Source: an uncultured Fibrobacteria bacterium
GTDB taxonomy: Bacteria; Fibrobacterota; Fibrobacteria; UBA11236
Length of the DNA: 64,000 nt
Direction of reading: 5' to 3'
NCBI GenBank assembly: GCA_963716395.1
Contig: OY970309.1
Coordinates: 2,432,001-2,496,000, forward strand
Shown here: in pieces, positions 30,426-39,574 of the stretch
Layout: every line of letters begins with the position of its first letter
Numbering within the stretch: the stretch's first letter is position 1
Program-made: the position numbers and the translations under genes
The notes under the pieces: generated by a model
Told to the model about the DNA's origin: nothing
The model's database searches: none
Seen by the model: only the letters and a program-made list of their open reading frames with translations

Positions 30426-31618
30426 TTTTGACGGCGGTCGTCGCTGCCGCCGCGGTCTTTGCCTTGGCGGGATGCGGCACCATCGACATGTCCACCGGCG
30501 ACAATGGCGGCGGCGGGGGCGGCCCGGTGACGCGGCGCCTGTTCGTCAGCGATCCGGCGGCCAACGATTCGCTGCCGCCGGCCTTTGCCGGTCCGGGCGT
30601 GGGGTTCGTGCTGCAGCCGAACCAAAGCTATACCTTGCAGGTAAATACGACGACGGCGGGAGATCAACTGGCCTTTTCCAGCGTCGACGTGTACGGCAAC
30701 CTGCATCCCATCGCCACGCTGTCGTCGCAGCCCGACAGCAGCGGCGAGTATTTTCCCTTGCAATCCACCCTGACCACCGCGCAGTTCTTCGTGGGCCGTC
30801 TGGTGGCCGCCGGCGGCGTATCGGCGGCGCCGCGCATCGCGCATATCAGCCTGGCCAATGTGAATCCGGTGGAATCGCATAATCTCTCCGTGCATTTGTT
30901 CATGGTGGGCAGGTTTGCCAACCTGCCCGACACCGCTGCGGAAAACTCGTTCGCCCAGTCCTTTCTGTCGCAGCTCACGGCGATTTACGATTCGTTTTCG
31001 GTGACGCTGAAATCCTCCTATGAGCTCGTGCCCGACACCCAGGTCGCCATGCCCTTCGGCGACACCTTCGTCGATCTTCCCGGCCAGCGCATTCCGGGGG
31101 ACGCGCATCTGTACATGGTCAACAGCATCTACCAGTCGGGCGCGCCCATTTCGTCGGAGATTCTGGGATTCGCGCCGCGCGAAGTCGTCAACCTCGACCT
31201 CGACCCCGAAAGCCGGGTGTTGCTCAGCGAGACCGGCGGTACGGCCGCCGATCTGGCCACCACGGCCGCACATGAGCTCGGGCACTTTTTCGGCATGCGC
31301 CACCCCACGGCCACCAATCTCGACCTGGCGGCCGACGATGACCAGAGTAATCAGGACGACGGTATGGCTTCTACGCCGCTGTGCCGCGATATGGCCATGC
31401 CCAAGGCGGGCGCGGCGCCCGCGCCCAAATTGGTCGGCCCTTACGGAAAGCCGTATTGCCTGTTCGTGAAAGGCCTGCCTACCTCCTGCCCTTCGGATTG
31501 CGATATCAACAACCTGATGTTCGCCTTCGCCTGCCTGCCAGCGGCGCAGCAGCGTAACCTGACCACGGAGCAGCAGGTGTTCTTTCGCCGCAATATGGGC
31601 CTGATGCAAGGCCTGTAA
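30404..31618 (+). CDS. Lipoprotein zinc metallopeptidase (metzincin)
   Basis: Lipobox LAGC; AHELGHFFGMRH; Met-turn-like NNLMF. Confidence 0.8.
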   Translation: MEPRTRLILTAVVAAAAVFALAGCGTIDMSTGDNGGGGGGPVTRRLFVSDPAANDSLPPAFAGPGVGFVLQPNQSYTLQVNTTTAGDQLAFSSVDVYGNLHPIATLSSQPDSSGEYFPLQSTLTTAQFFVGRLVAAGGVSAAPRIAHISLANVNPVESHNLSVHLFMVGRFANLPDTAAENSFAQSFLSQLTAIYDSFSVTLKSSYELVPDTQVAMPFGDTFVDLPGQRIPGDAHLYMVNSIYQSGAPISSEILGFAPREVVNLDLDPESRVLLSETGGTAADLATTAAHELGHFFGMRHPTATNLDLAADDDQSNQDDGMASTPLCRDMAMPKAGAAPAPKLVGPYGKPYCLFVKGLPTSCPSDCDINNLMFAFACLPAAQQRNLTTEQQVFFRRNMGLMQGL

Positions 31619-31626
31619 CATAAACG

Positions 31627-32076
31627 CTACGACGCGTCGGCGTGACGGTCGAGCCAATCCTGCAGGATATAGCAGGCCGCCACGCGGTCGATTTCGGCTT
31701 TTTCGCGCGCCCAGCGGCGCGGCCCGCCGCCGGGGCGCCGGCGCGATCGCAGGCTGTCGGCGGCCAGCGCGCTGGTGAAGCTCTCGTCTTCGAGATGCAC
31801 GGGCAGGCCGAAGCGGGTCCGCAGTTGCGCGGCGAAGGCATCTACGGCCAGGGTTTTGCCGCCGGGTTTTTCCACGCCGTCGGTGCGCAGGGGATAGCCC
31901 AGTACCAGGGTGTCGACCTTGCGCTCGCGAATGATGGTGCTGAGGGCCGCGAGCACGTCGGGGTGGCGGCGCCGGTCCAGGGTGGTCAGCCCCGCAGCCA
32001 GGCGGCGTCCGGCATCGGAAACCGCGACGCCGAGGCGGCGTTCGCCGAAGTCGAGGCCGAGCACGGTTCCGGGCAT
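31627..32076 (-). CDS. ruvX: YqgF/RuvX family nuclease
   Basis: LGLDFGERRLGVAVSD; VLGYP; DESFTS; IDRVAACYILQ. Confidence 0.93.
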   Translation of the reverse strand: MPGTVLGLDFGERRLGVAVSDAGRRLAAGLTTLDRRRHPDVLAALSTIIRERKVDTLVLGYPLRTDGVEKPGGKTLAVDAFAAQLRTRFGLPVHLEDESFTSALAADSLRSRRRPGGGPRRWAREKAEIDRVAACYILQDWLDRHADAS

Positions 32077-32159
32077 GCCCCGAATTTAAATCCCCCGTAC
32101 GCGCGGGAAGGCGAACGACACAAAATCGATGGGGGCCGGTCGGTTGGAACCCGAGGCGG

Positions 32160-33968
32160 TCAGGTCGAAGTGCGACGGCGCTGGGTGTCGTCGAGAATGA
32201 TTTTCCGCAGGCGCAAATTCTTGCCCGTGATCTCGACGGCTTCGTCGTCGTTGATGAATTCCAGGCCTTCTTCCAGCGACAGTTCGCGGTGCGGGGTGAG
32301 CACGGTGGCTTCGTCGGCCGCGGTGGTGCGCATGTTGGTCAATTGCTTGGTCTTGGACACGTTGATGATGAGGTCGTCGCCGCGGCTGTGTTCGCCCACG
32401 ATCATGCCGGGATACACATTGGCGCCCGGGCCGATGAACATGACGCCGCGATCCTCCAGCTTCCACAGGGCATAGGCCACCGACACGCCGCGCTCCTTGG
32501 CGATGAGGGCGCCGGTGGACCGCTGTTCGATGCGCCCCTTCATGGGCTCGAAGCCTTTGAACAATTGCTGGAACACGGCGTAGCCTTTGCTCAGCGACAG
32601 CAGGCGGGTGCGCAAACCGATCAGCCCGCGGGCGGGAATGTCGAACACCACCCGCGTCTGTTCGCCTTCGAGCGCCATGTCGCGCATTTCGCCGCGGCGC
32701 CGGTTGATTTCGTCGATCACCATGCCTGCGTATTCCTGCGGCGCGTGGATGGTGATGGTTTCCACCGGTTCCAATTCGACGCCCTCTTCGACCCGGGTCA
32801 AAACGCGCGGCCGGCCCACGGTGAATTCGTATCCTTCGCGGCGCATTTTTTCGATGATGACCGAAAGGTGCAGGACGCCGCGGCCCGCGACGCGAAAGGC
32901 GCCCGGTTCGTCGAGCCGCTCGACGTGCAGGGCCACGTCGGCCAGCGCCTCGCGTTCGAGCCGTTCGGCCAGGTGGTTCGAGGTGAGAAATCGGCCGCCG
33001 TCCAGCCCGCAAAAGGGCGAATCGTTGACCCAGAACCGCATGGAGATGGTGGGCGGGTCGACGTGGATGCGCGGTAAGGCCACGGGATTTTCTTCGCCCG
33101 ACAAGGTGTCGCCCAAGGTGAAATCGGGTACGCCGCACAACGACACGATTTGACCGGCCACGGCCTCGGGAATCTCCTTGAGCTTGACGCCCTCGGGGTA
33201 GAGGATTTTCGAGATGCGCACTTTCTTGACTTCACCCGCGGCATTGAGATGGGTGAGGCTTTGATTGGTGCGCAGCAGCCCCTGTTGCAGGCGGCCTACG
33301 GCCATGCGACCCATGAATTCCTGATAGTCGAGGCTGGTGATCTGCAGAATGGGCAACGACCCGGTCCCGACCTTGGGTGCGGGAATGCGATCGAGAATGA
33401 GTTCGAACAAGGGCGCCAGATTGGAATCCGGATCTTCGAGTTTGCGGCGGCAGGTGCCGTTGCGGCCCGAAGCGAAGATATACGCGAAGTCGAGCTGGTT
33501 CTCATGCGCGCCCAGATCGATGAACAAATCCAACACCTGATCCATGGCCCGCAGCGGTTCACAGCCGGGCCGGTCGATCTTATTGATCACCACGCACAAC
33601 GTCAGGCCCAGTTCCAGGGCTTTCTTGGTGACGAAGCGCGTCTGCGCCATGGGCCCTTCGAAGGCGTCGACGATGAGCAAGGCGCCATCGACCGTGCCCA
33701 ATACGCGTTCGACCTGGCCGCCGAAGTCGGCGTGGCCGGGCGTGTCGACGATGTTGATCAGATAATCGCGGAACACCACCGAGGCGTTTTTGGAAAAGAT
33801 GGTGATGCCGCGTTCGCGCTCCTGATCATTGGAGTCGAGCACGCGCTCGTTGACGACCTGGCTTTCGCGGAACACCCCGCTTTGCTTGAGCAAACCGTCG
33901 ACGAGGGTCGTCTTGCCGTGATCGACATGGGCGATAATCGCCACGTTGCGGATTTTTGAACTTTCCAT
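32160..33968 (-). CDS. typA: Translational GTPase TypA/BipA
   Basis: AHVDHGKTT; ERERGITI; [10 protein letters not shown]; NKID; KQLTNMR; LRLRK. Confidence 0.97.
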   Translation of the reverse strand: MESSKIRNVAIIAHVDHGKTTLVDGLLKQSGVFRESQVVNERVLDSNDQERERGITIFSKNASVVFRDYLINIVDTPGHADFGGQVERVLGTVDGALLIVDAFEGPMAQTRFVTKKALELGLTLCVVINKIDRPGCEPLRAMDQVLDLFIDLGAHENQLDFAYIFASGRNGTCRRKLEDPDSNLAPLFELILDRIPAPKVGTGSLPILQITSLDYQEFMGRMAVGRLQQGLLRTNQSLTHLNAAGEVKKVRISKILYPEGVKLKEIPEAVAGQIVSLCGVPDFTLGDTLSGEENPVALPRIHVDPPTISMRFWVNDSPFCGLDGGRFLTSNHLAERLEREALADVALHVERLDEPGAFRVAGRGVLHLSVIIEKMRREGYEFTVGRPRVLTRVEEGVELEPVETITIHAPQEYAGMVIDEINRRRGEMRDMALEGEQTRVVFDIPARGLIGLRTRLLSLSKGYAVFQQLFKGFEPMKGRIEQRSTGALIAKERGVSVAYALWKLEDRGVMFIGPGANVYPGMIVGEHSRGDDLIINVSKTKQLTNMRTTAADEATVLTPHRELSLEEGLEFINDDEAVEITGKNLRLRKIILDDTQRRRTST

Positions 33969-34078
33969 CGCTGTCTTTCTGCGCCCGCCGCCAAAGAAAT
34001 CAAGCTGAAACGAACGGCGCCCACCGCCCGCTCGTCGGGGCGGAAATAGGAACAGAATCGACGGTTCTTGTCAAGAAC

Positions 34079-34237
34079 GCCTTCCGGCCTCCAACCGAGT
34101 CCCAAGTCCGGGGTCTCTCTGCGGCCCCACGACTACGGTTTTGAGTGTGCGATCGGTTTCAATCCATGCCGCGCTTTCGCGGGCCCGTTCCACACCCGGG
34201 CCGAAACCGCCGGCGTGATTTACGGGAGCCGGAAGGC
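34079..34237 (-). ncRNA. Candidate structured non-coding RNA (~160 nt), family unassigned
   Basis: Terminal 10+3-bp helix, internal helices, GAAA tetraloop and a possible 7-bp pseudoknot found by eye. Confidence 0.4.
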
Positions 34238-34361
34238 CGGGGCGGGAGGTTTCTTCTCAATAAAATTCGTTACGGCGATCGGAAAAGATCGCATAATTGA
34301 CGGTGACGGCGGAGCGACCCGATAGCTCGGTTGTCCAGCGCGCAGTTTGGAAGGAGGCATT

Positions 34362-37300
34362 ATGAAGATCCGGATCGCGGGCCTGGGCCTGCGCTTGGTT
34401 GCGGCCGTTGCGGCACTTCTCGGCATCACGTACAGGGCCGCTTGTGCCGATTTGCCGGCGGCTTGGGATTCCCTGCTGGCCAACCGGCCATTGGCCGCGC
34501 GCGCCGAGTTCGAGAAATTCCTGCGCGCCCCCAATCCCCGCGTGGCCGGTGAAGCCCGGCGCGGCCTGGGAATGGTCGCGCGCTTTCTCGGCCAACCCGA
34601 GACCGAAACCCAATGGAACTTCGACGCTTTTACCCAAGACCATGACACCTTGGCCTTTCTGGCCCCGGCGAATCGGCGCTATCGCTTTGAACGCTCGTGG
34701 TGGGGGCATACCCTGGCCGCCGGATACGCGGTGGACAAGTCGATGGGTGCGCATCCGCCGCTGCTCACGGCGACCCTGGCCGCCGAATTGGCCTTGCGGC
34801 TGGCCAATGACGGCGATCTCCAGGGCGCGGCCAAGCTGGAAGCACGCCTGGGCCTGGTGCGCCGCTGGTGGGCCATCGGTCCCTTCGCCAATATTTCCGG
34901 TAGCGGATTCGATCAGGTGTATCCGCCGGAAACCGCCGTGCAATTGGATTCCGCGTACCGGGGCAAGAACGGGAATACCGTGCGGTGGTTTCCGCTCACC
35001 ACGACGCCGCCCACCACCTGGATTTTCAACCAATACCATCTGCCGTTTCCCAACGCCGTGTTGTACTTCGCGGCCCAAATCGAAAGCCCCGACGCCCAGC
35101 AGGCTTGGGTGTCCTTCGGAGCGTCGGGCAGTTTCAAAGTCTGGGTGAACGACCGGTTGGTGCTGGCCGACAAGGTGTTCCGCAACACGGGTGAAGACGC
35201 CTTCGCCCAACCCGTCGCATTGCATCGCGGCCCCAACCGCATTTTGGTGAAGCTGGGGAATGATTCGCGTTACTCCAATTTCCAATTGCGGCTACTCGAC
35301 GCCGGGGGCCGCGGCCTCGCCGATTTCAAGGAAACCGACCCGCGCGGCGCCTACGCGCATGACACCGGCGTCGTGGCCGATTTACAGAATTCGCCCAACC
35401 TCGCGCGCGCGCTGGACTATCTGCGGGCGCGGCTGGAAAAAAATCCCGGCGACGCCGACGCCGCGCTGTTGCGGATGGATGTGTTCAATGTCAACGAGAT
35501 GACCGACAGCGCCGAAGTGTGGGGGCTGCGGCAATTGGCGCTGCATCCGCGCAGCGCGCTTTGGCTTTCGCTCCTGTCCGAGAGCATGACCCGTAGCGGA
35601 CAGGTGACCCGGTCCCAAGCGTATCTCAAATCGGCTTACCGCAACAGCCCGTATTGCTACGCCGGCTGGATGCAGGAACTCACGCGCCTGTCCAAATCGG
35701 CCGGACCGGAAATGGTGCTCGACTTTCTGGCCAAGAGCCCGCCCGAATTCCGGCAGAGCCAAACCGCGTTGTGGGCTTCGATCGTGAAGCTTGGCGAGCT
35801 GGGACGCAAGGCCGATGCCCTGAATCAGTTGGCCGAACTCGAACGCGTGCCCGAATTCGATGTCGTGACCGCCGCCTTGCTGGCCGGCGTTTACAAGGCG
35901 CAAGGGCGTAAAGACGACGCGCTGCAGATCTGGAAAAAGTTCACCGATTTCCGCCACACCGATGGGGATGCCTATCGCGAAGCGGCCAATCTCGACATCG
36001 GTGCGGGTGAAGTCGCGCAAGCCTCGGCGTGGTTGCGGACCGGCAGCGAATTTTCGCCCGACAATCCCAACCTGCCGATCACCCTCGCCAATCTGGAAAT
36101 GCAGAACAAACAATACGACGCGGCCCAAAAAGACCTGGACCACGCCGAAGCGCTGGCGCCCACCCACCCCGCGGTGCTGGGCCTCAAAGCCAATCTCCTG
36201 TTTCTCAGGGGCCGCCGGCAGGAAGCGCGCTCCACCCTGCTGCAGAGCATCGATTACAACTACAACGACTTCGATGCCTGGGACAAACTCCTGGAAATAG
36301 ACGGCCAGCCCACGTTCGAGTCGCTGGCGCCCCTGCCTTCGGTCGACAGCCTGCTGCAAGCGTCCCGCGGCTGGGAAGGGCTGCAACAGGAACGCGGGGC
36401 CCTCGTCGCCTATCTGCACGACGTTTTCTTCTATCCCAGCCGCGCCGTGCGCACCCGCACCTTTCTGGTGGCGCATCTCACGACCGCCAAGGCGGTGGAC
36501 AACTGGAAGGAATACGATATTCCCTACAACGCCACCTACCAAAGCGTGAACGTCGTCGCGGCGCATACGCGCAAGGCCTCGGGCGAAGAGATCGACGCCG
36601 AAGTGCGCGGCACCGACGTGGTTTTCAAGTCGTTGGAGCCGGGCGACGCCGTGGTGCTCGAATGGACGGACCAAGACGATTACGACGGCGACATGGCCCG
36701 GCAATGTTGGGGGCGTTTCCAATTCCGGCTGAGCCTGCCCACCTTTTTTTCGCGCTTGCGCCTGTATACGGCCGGCCGCGACACCATCGGGTACCACATT
36801 CGCGGCGCGGACATCCGCTTTACGGCCGGCGAAAGCTCCGGGGTCAAAATGCGCAGTTTCGCACGCGGGCCCTACCTGGTTTCGCCCAAAGACTGGTATC
36901 TGCCCATCAACGACTCCACCGCGCCCGACGTGTTGTACTCGACGTTTTCGAATTGGGGGCAGATCGCCGACTGGTACGCCGATATTACCGAGGACAAAAG
37001 CGCGCCGGTACCCATCGTGCAACGGCTGGCCGATTCGCTGTTCCGCGGCGCCGGCGATGACGCCGAAAAGGTGCGACGCGTGCAGCGTTTCGTAGCCTCG
37101 GTCATTTCCTACAGCAGCCTGCCGTTTCGCCAAAGCGGGTGGATTCCCCAGCCCGCGCAGGAGGTGTTGGCCAGCCGGCTCGGCGATTGCAAAGACAAAT
37201 CGGCCCTGGCGAAAAGCCTGCTGGCGCTGGCTGGCATCCCCAGTCATCTCGTATTGGTGGCCACGCGCGACGAGTTCGACACGCGCCCCGGTCCCATCGG

Positions 37301-38132
37301 CCCGCATTTCAACCATTGCCTGCTGGCGTATACTTTGCAAGGGCGCGAGCGCTATTTGGAACTCACCGACCCGTATCTGTATTACACCCGCCTCGCCAAA
37401 GATGATCAGGGCGCCACTGCGCTGGTGATCCGCCGCGGCAACCGCACCCTGATGCGACTGCCGGTGGACGGGCCGGACGATCGCACCAGCGTGCGCACGG
37501 TGCAATGCGTGCTCGACGATTCCGGGAACGCCGCCATCGCCACGCATTCGGTGCGCACCGGCCTGTTCGCCCGCAGCATCCGCAGCGGCTACCGCTTTTT
37601 GTCGCCCGAAGAGCAGAAGACGGAATTGCGTCGCAGTCTGCTCGACGATTACACCGACGTCGACGTCGATTCGGTGCACTTCGGCGATTTGGATGCGGTC
37701 ACCGACTCGGTGCAGTACGTCTACGGATTCACGGCGCGCCAAACCGTCGCCGCTTCGGGAGCCACGCGCATCTTCCGTCTTTTCCTGCCCGACAAGGTTT
37801 CGTCCCAGGAAATTCCCGATGACGCCAGGCATGCCGAGGGCTTGGATTTATACCAGGCTTCGTATAGCATCGGCCGCTTCGATCAAACCGGCCGCATCGT
37901 TTATCCCAAGCGCTGGAAGCTGTTGGATGTGCCGGCCCCGCTGCATGTACGCGGCCCCGGCGGCGAATATTCCCTGGTATTCAAGGTCAAGGGGAACACT
38001 GTGTCTTATCGGCGGCAGGCGGTGTTCCGCGCCGGGGAACCGATTCCGGCCACGCAGGCCAAGGCCGCACGCGATTTTCTCACGCGCATTGCGCGCGCTG
38101 ACGACGTGCAACTGGTGTTCCGCAGCCGCTGA
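34362..38132 (+). CDS. Secreted TPR + DUF3857 + transglutaminase-like protein
   Basis: Signal peptide; WWAIGPF..KVWVND..L..G.N.ILVK beta domain; TPR-like helices; LEPGD; GDCKDKS..FNHC. Confidence 0.85.
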   Translation: MKIRIAGLGLRLVAAVAALLGITYRAACADLPAAWDSLLANRPLAARAEFEKFLRAPNPRVAGEARRGLGMVARFLGQPETETQWNFDAFTQDHDTLAFLAPANRRYRFERSWWGHTLAAGYAVDKSMGAHPPLLTATLAAELALRLANDGDLQGAAKLEARLGLVRRWWAIGPFANISGSGFDQVYPPETAVQLDSAYRGKNGNTVRWFPLTTTPPTTWIFNQYHLPFPNAVLYFAAQIESPDAQQAWVSFGASGSFKVWVNDRLVLADKVFRNTGEDAFAQPVALHRGPNRILVKLGNDSRYSNFQLRLLDAGGRGLADFKETDPRGAYAHDTGVVADLQNSPNLARALDYLRARLEKNPGDADAALLRMDVFNVNEMTDSAEVWGLRQLALHPRSALWLSLLSESMTRSGQVTRSQAYLKSAYRNSPYCYAGWMQELTRLSKSAGPEMVLDFLAKSPPEFRQSQTALWASIVKLGELGRKADALNQLAELERVPEFDVVTAALLAGVYKAQGRKDDALQIWKKFTDFRHTDGDAYREAANLDIGAGEVAQASAWLRTGSEFSPDNPNLPITLANLEMQNKQYDAAQKDLDHAEALAPTHPAVLGLKANLLFLRGRRQEARSTLLQSIDYNYNDFDAWDKLLEIDGQPTFESLAPLPSVDSLLQASRGWEGLQQERGALVAYLHDVFFYPSRAVRTRTFLVAHLTTAKAVDNWKEYDIPYNATYQSVNVVAAHTRKASGEEIDAEVRGTDVVFKSLEPGDAVVLEWTDQDDYDGDMARQCWGRFQFRLSLPTFFSRLRLYTAGRDTIGYHIRGADIRFTAGESSGVKMRSFARGPYLVSPKDWYLPINDSTAPDVLYSTFSNWGQIADWYADITEDKSAPVPIVQRLADSLFRGAGDDAEKVRRVQRFVASVISYSSLPFRQSGWIPQPAQEVLASRLGDCKDKSALAKSLLALAGIPSHLVLVATRDEFDTRPGPIGPHFNHCLLAYTLQGRERYLELTDPYLYYTRLAKDDQGATALVIRRGNRTLMRLPVDGPDDRTSVRTVQCVLDDSGNAAIATHSVRTGLFARSIRSGYRFLSPEEQKTELRRSLLDDYTDVDVDSVHFGDLDAVTDSVQYVYGFTARQTVAASGATRIFRLFLPDKVSSQEIPDDARHAEGLDLYQASYSIGRFDQTGRIVYPKRWKLLDVPAPLHVRGPGGEYSLVFKVKGNTVSYRRQAVFRAGEPIPATQAKAARDFLTRIARADDVQLVFRSR

Positions 38133-38158
38133 GCCCGCCGCCCGAATGCGGCGCGGCC

Positions 38159-39223
38159 TCAGCGCGCGGGCAAGGTGAGGCGCGGCAGGTCGGGGGCGAA
38201 GAGGCGCTGCCAGCGTCTTCCCAAAACATCGAAGTAAAGATCCGGCGCGGCCTTCACCGTCATGGCCGGGCGCGGAAAAAAAATTTCGCTGGAGCAACCC
38301 GGCAGGGCCTGCAAATCGGAGCGAATCGAGGTGAGAATGGAATTCCAATTGGAAGTGGGATTAGCCTGCCCGATGGAGATGACGCCGTCGGCGATGCGGT
38401 TGTTGATGTTGGCGGGATTGTCCCAGGCCGTGTCCAACCCGGTGCTGGCGCCCGCGGTTCCATATCCCGCGTCGGCCAGAATGGGCTTTCCGGTCAGGGT
38501 GTGTACCGATGCCCAGGTCATGGTGTTCGAGGTGCGGATGCGCGAACTGCCGGGCGGGCCCTCGGCATTGGTCTCGCCTCCGGAAGTATTGATATACGTG
38601 AAGCGGTTCATGGGCAACGCCCCGAACCATTGGGAGGGACTCGCCACCCAGGGCGAGATGTCCATGGAGAACACGGCATGGGGCAGATATTTCTGAATGC
38701 TGTCGAGCATTTCGCCCATGAAGGTTCCGGCCTCGGCGAAGCTCAGGGGATTGCCGCTTTCACTGCCGGGCTGGGCGTACTGATAGTAATCCGGTTCCAT
38801 CATCCACACCACGGGAGTCGTAGTGCCCAAATCGTTCGCGGTTCCCTGTGCGTATTTGGAAACCTGGCCGAGAATATGCGCGCGCGCCGCCGGGTTGCGG
38901 ATATAATAGGCGCCCGAATCGCACAGGCTGGGAGTGCCCACATTGCAATCCTGCAACCCGTAATCGCGGCGCAAGGTGAAGGCAATGATGTAATCGTAGA
39001 GCACCGGCGTGACGCCGTGCAAAGCGCCGCCGGGTGCGCAGGCTTTCATCATGCTCCCGAGGTCGTAGTTTTCCTCGCTCCCGGCCCATTGCGTGACGAA
39101 ACCGATTTCCGATCCGGTGGATCCGGCATAGGGCGTGCCGAAATTGAAAGTGCAATTCGAAAGCCCGGCGGTCGCCACCTGTGCGGCCCAGAGGGCCAGG
39201 CCGGCGGACAGTATTTTACTCAT
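38159..39223 (-). CDS. Secreted hypothetical protein, possible glycoside hydrolase-like fold
   Basis: Signal peptide; VWMMEPDYYQY; MDISPW; KPILADAGYG; short tail YFDVLGRR. Confidence 0.75.
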   Translation of the reverse strand: MSKILSAGLALWAAQVATAGLSNCTFNFGTPYAGSTGSEIGFVTQWAGSEENYDLGSMMKACAPGGALHGVTPVLYDYIIAFTLRRDYGLQDCNVGTPSLCDSGAYYIRNPAARAHILGQVSKYAQGTANDLGTTTPVVWMMEPDYYQYAQPGSESGNPLSFAEAGTFMGEMLDSIQKYLPHAVFSMDISPWVASPSQWFGALPMNRFTYINTSGGETNAEGPPGSSRIRTSNTMTWASVHTLTGKPILADAGYGTAGASTGLDTAWDNPANINNRIADGVISIGQANPTSNWNSILTSIRSDLQALPGCSSEIFFPRPAMTVKAAPDLYFDVLGRRWQRLFAPDLPRLTLPAR

Positions 39224-39574
39224 GACGATCCGTTTCGTTTTCCAAGCGCACCTCGCCTTCAGGTTTTTTTTCGAGGGCTGAATCCGACGCCGTTGCACCC
39301 GCCGGCGAAATCGAACCAAGGGGCGGTCGATTCTTCCCGCTGGAATGTTTAGTAGCAGAAGCCGAGGAAACGGTTTCAGAAGAAGCCGGAAACGGAGGGC
39401 GAGCGGCGAAGGTAACGCCGAGTGGTTTTTTGCCCAGGGCGGTGCCGTGATCCGCCGCTTACCTGCAATCTTCCGGCGTCGTCCTGATGGGTGAGAATGC
39501 GGAAGAGACTTCGCCGGGCCTTTCGGAATGATTTAGTCCGGGGCTCAGCGGGCGGTGCCGAAATGCTGCGCGGA

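Noticed and set aside
34040-34070. aacagaatc resembling the RNase P RNA 3' end
   Set aside because: No GAGGAAAGTCC 5' motif nearby and no CGGCTTA
34093-34113. ccgagtcccaagtccgg resembling a twister ribozyme loop
   Set aside because: Upstream UAA cleavage context and the matching pseudoknot partners were not found
35382-37832. Long antisense ORFs (816 aa here; also 39491..41248, 18923..20479, 23943..25466, 3855..5336)
   Set aside because: Shadows of well-supported genes in GC-rich DNA; no motifs of their own
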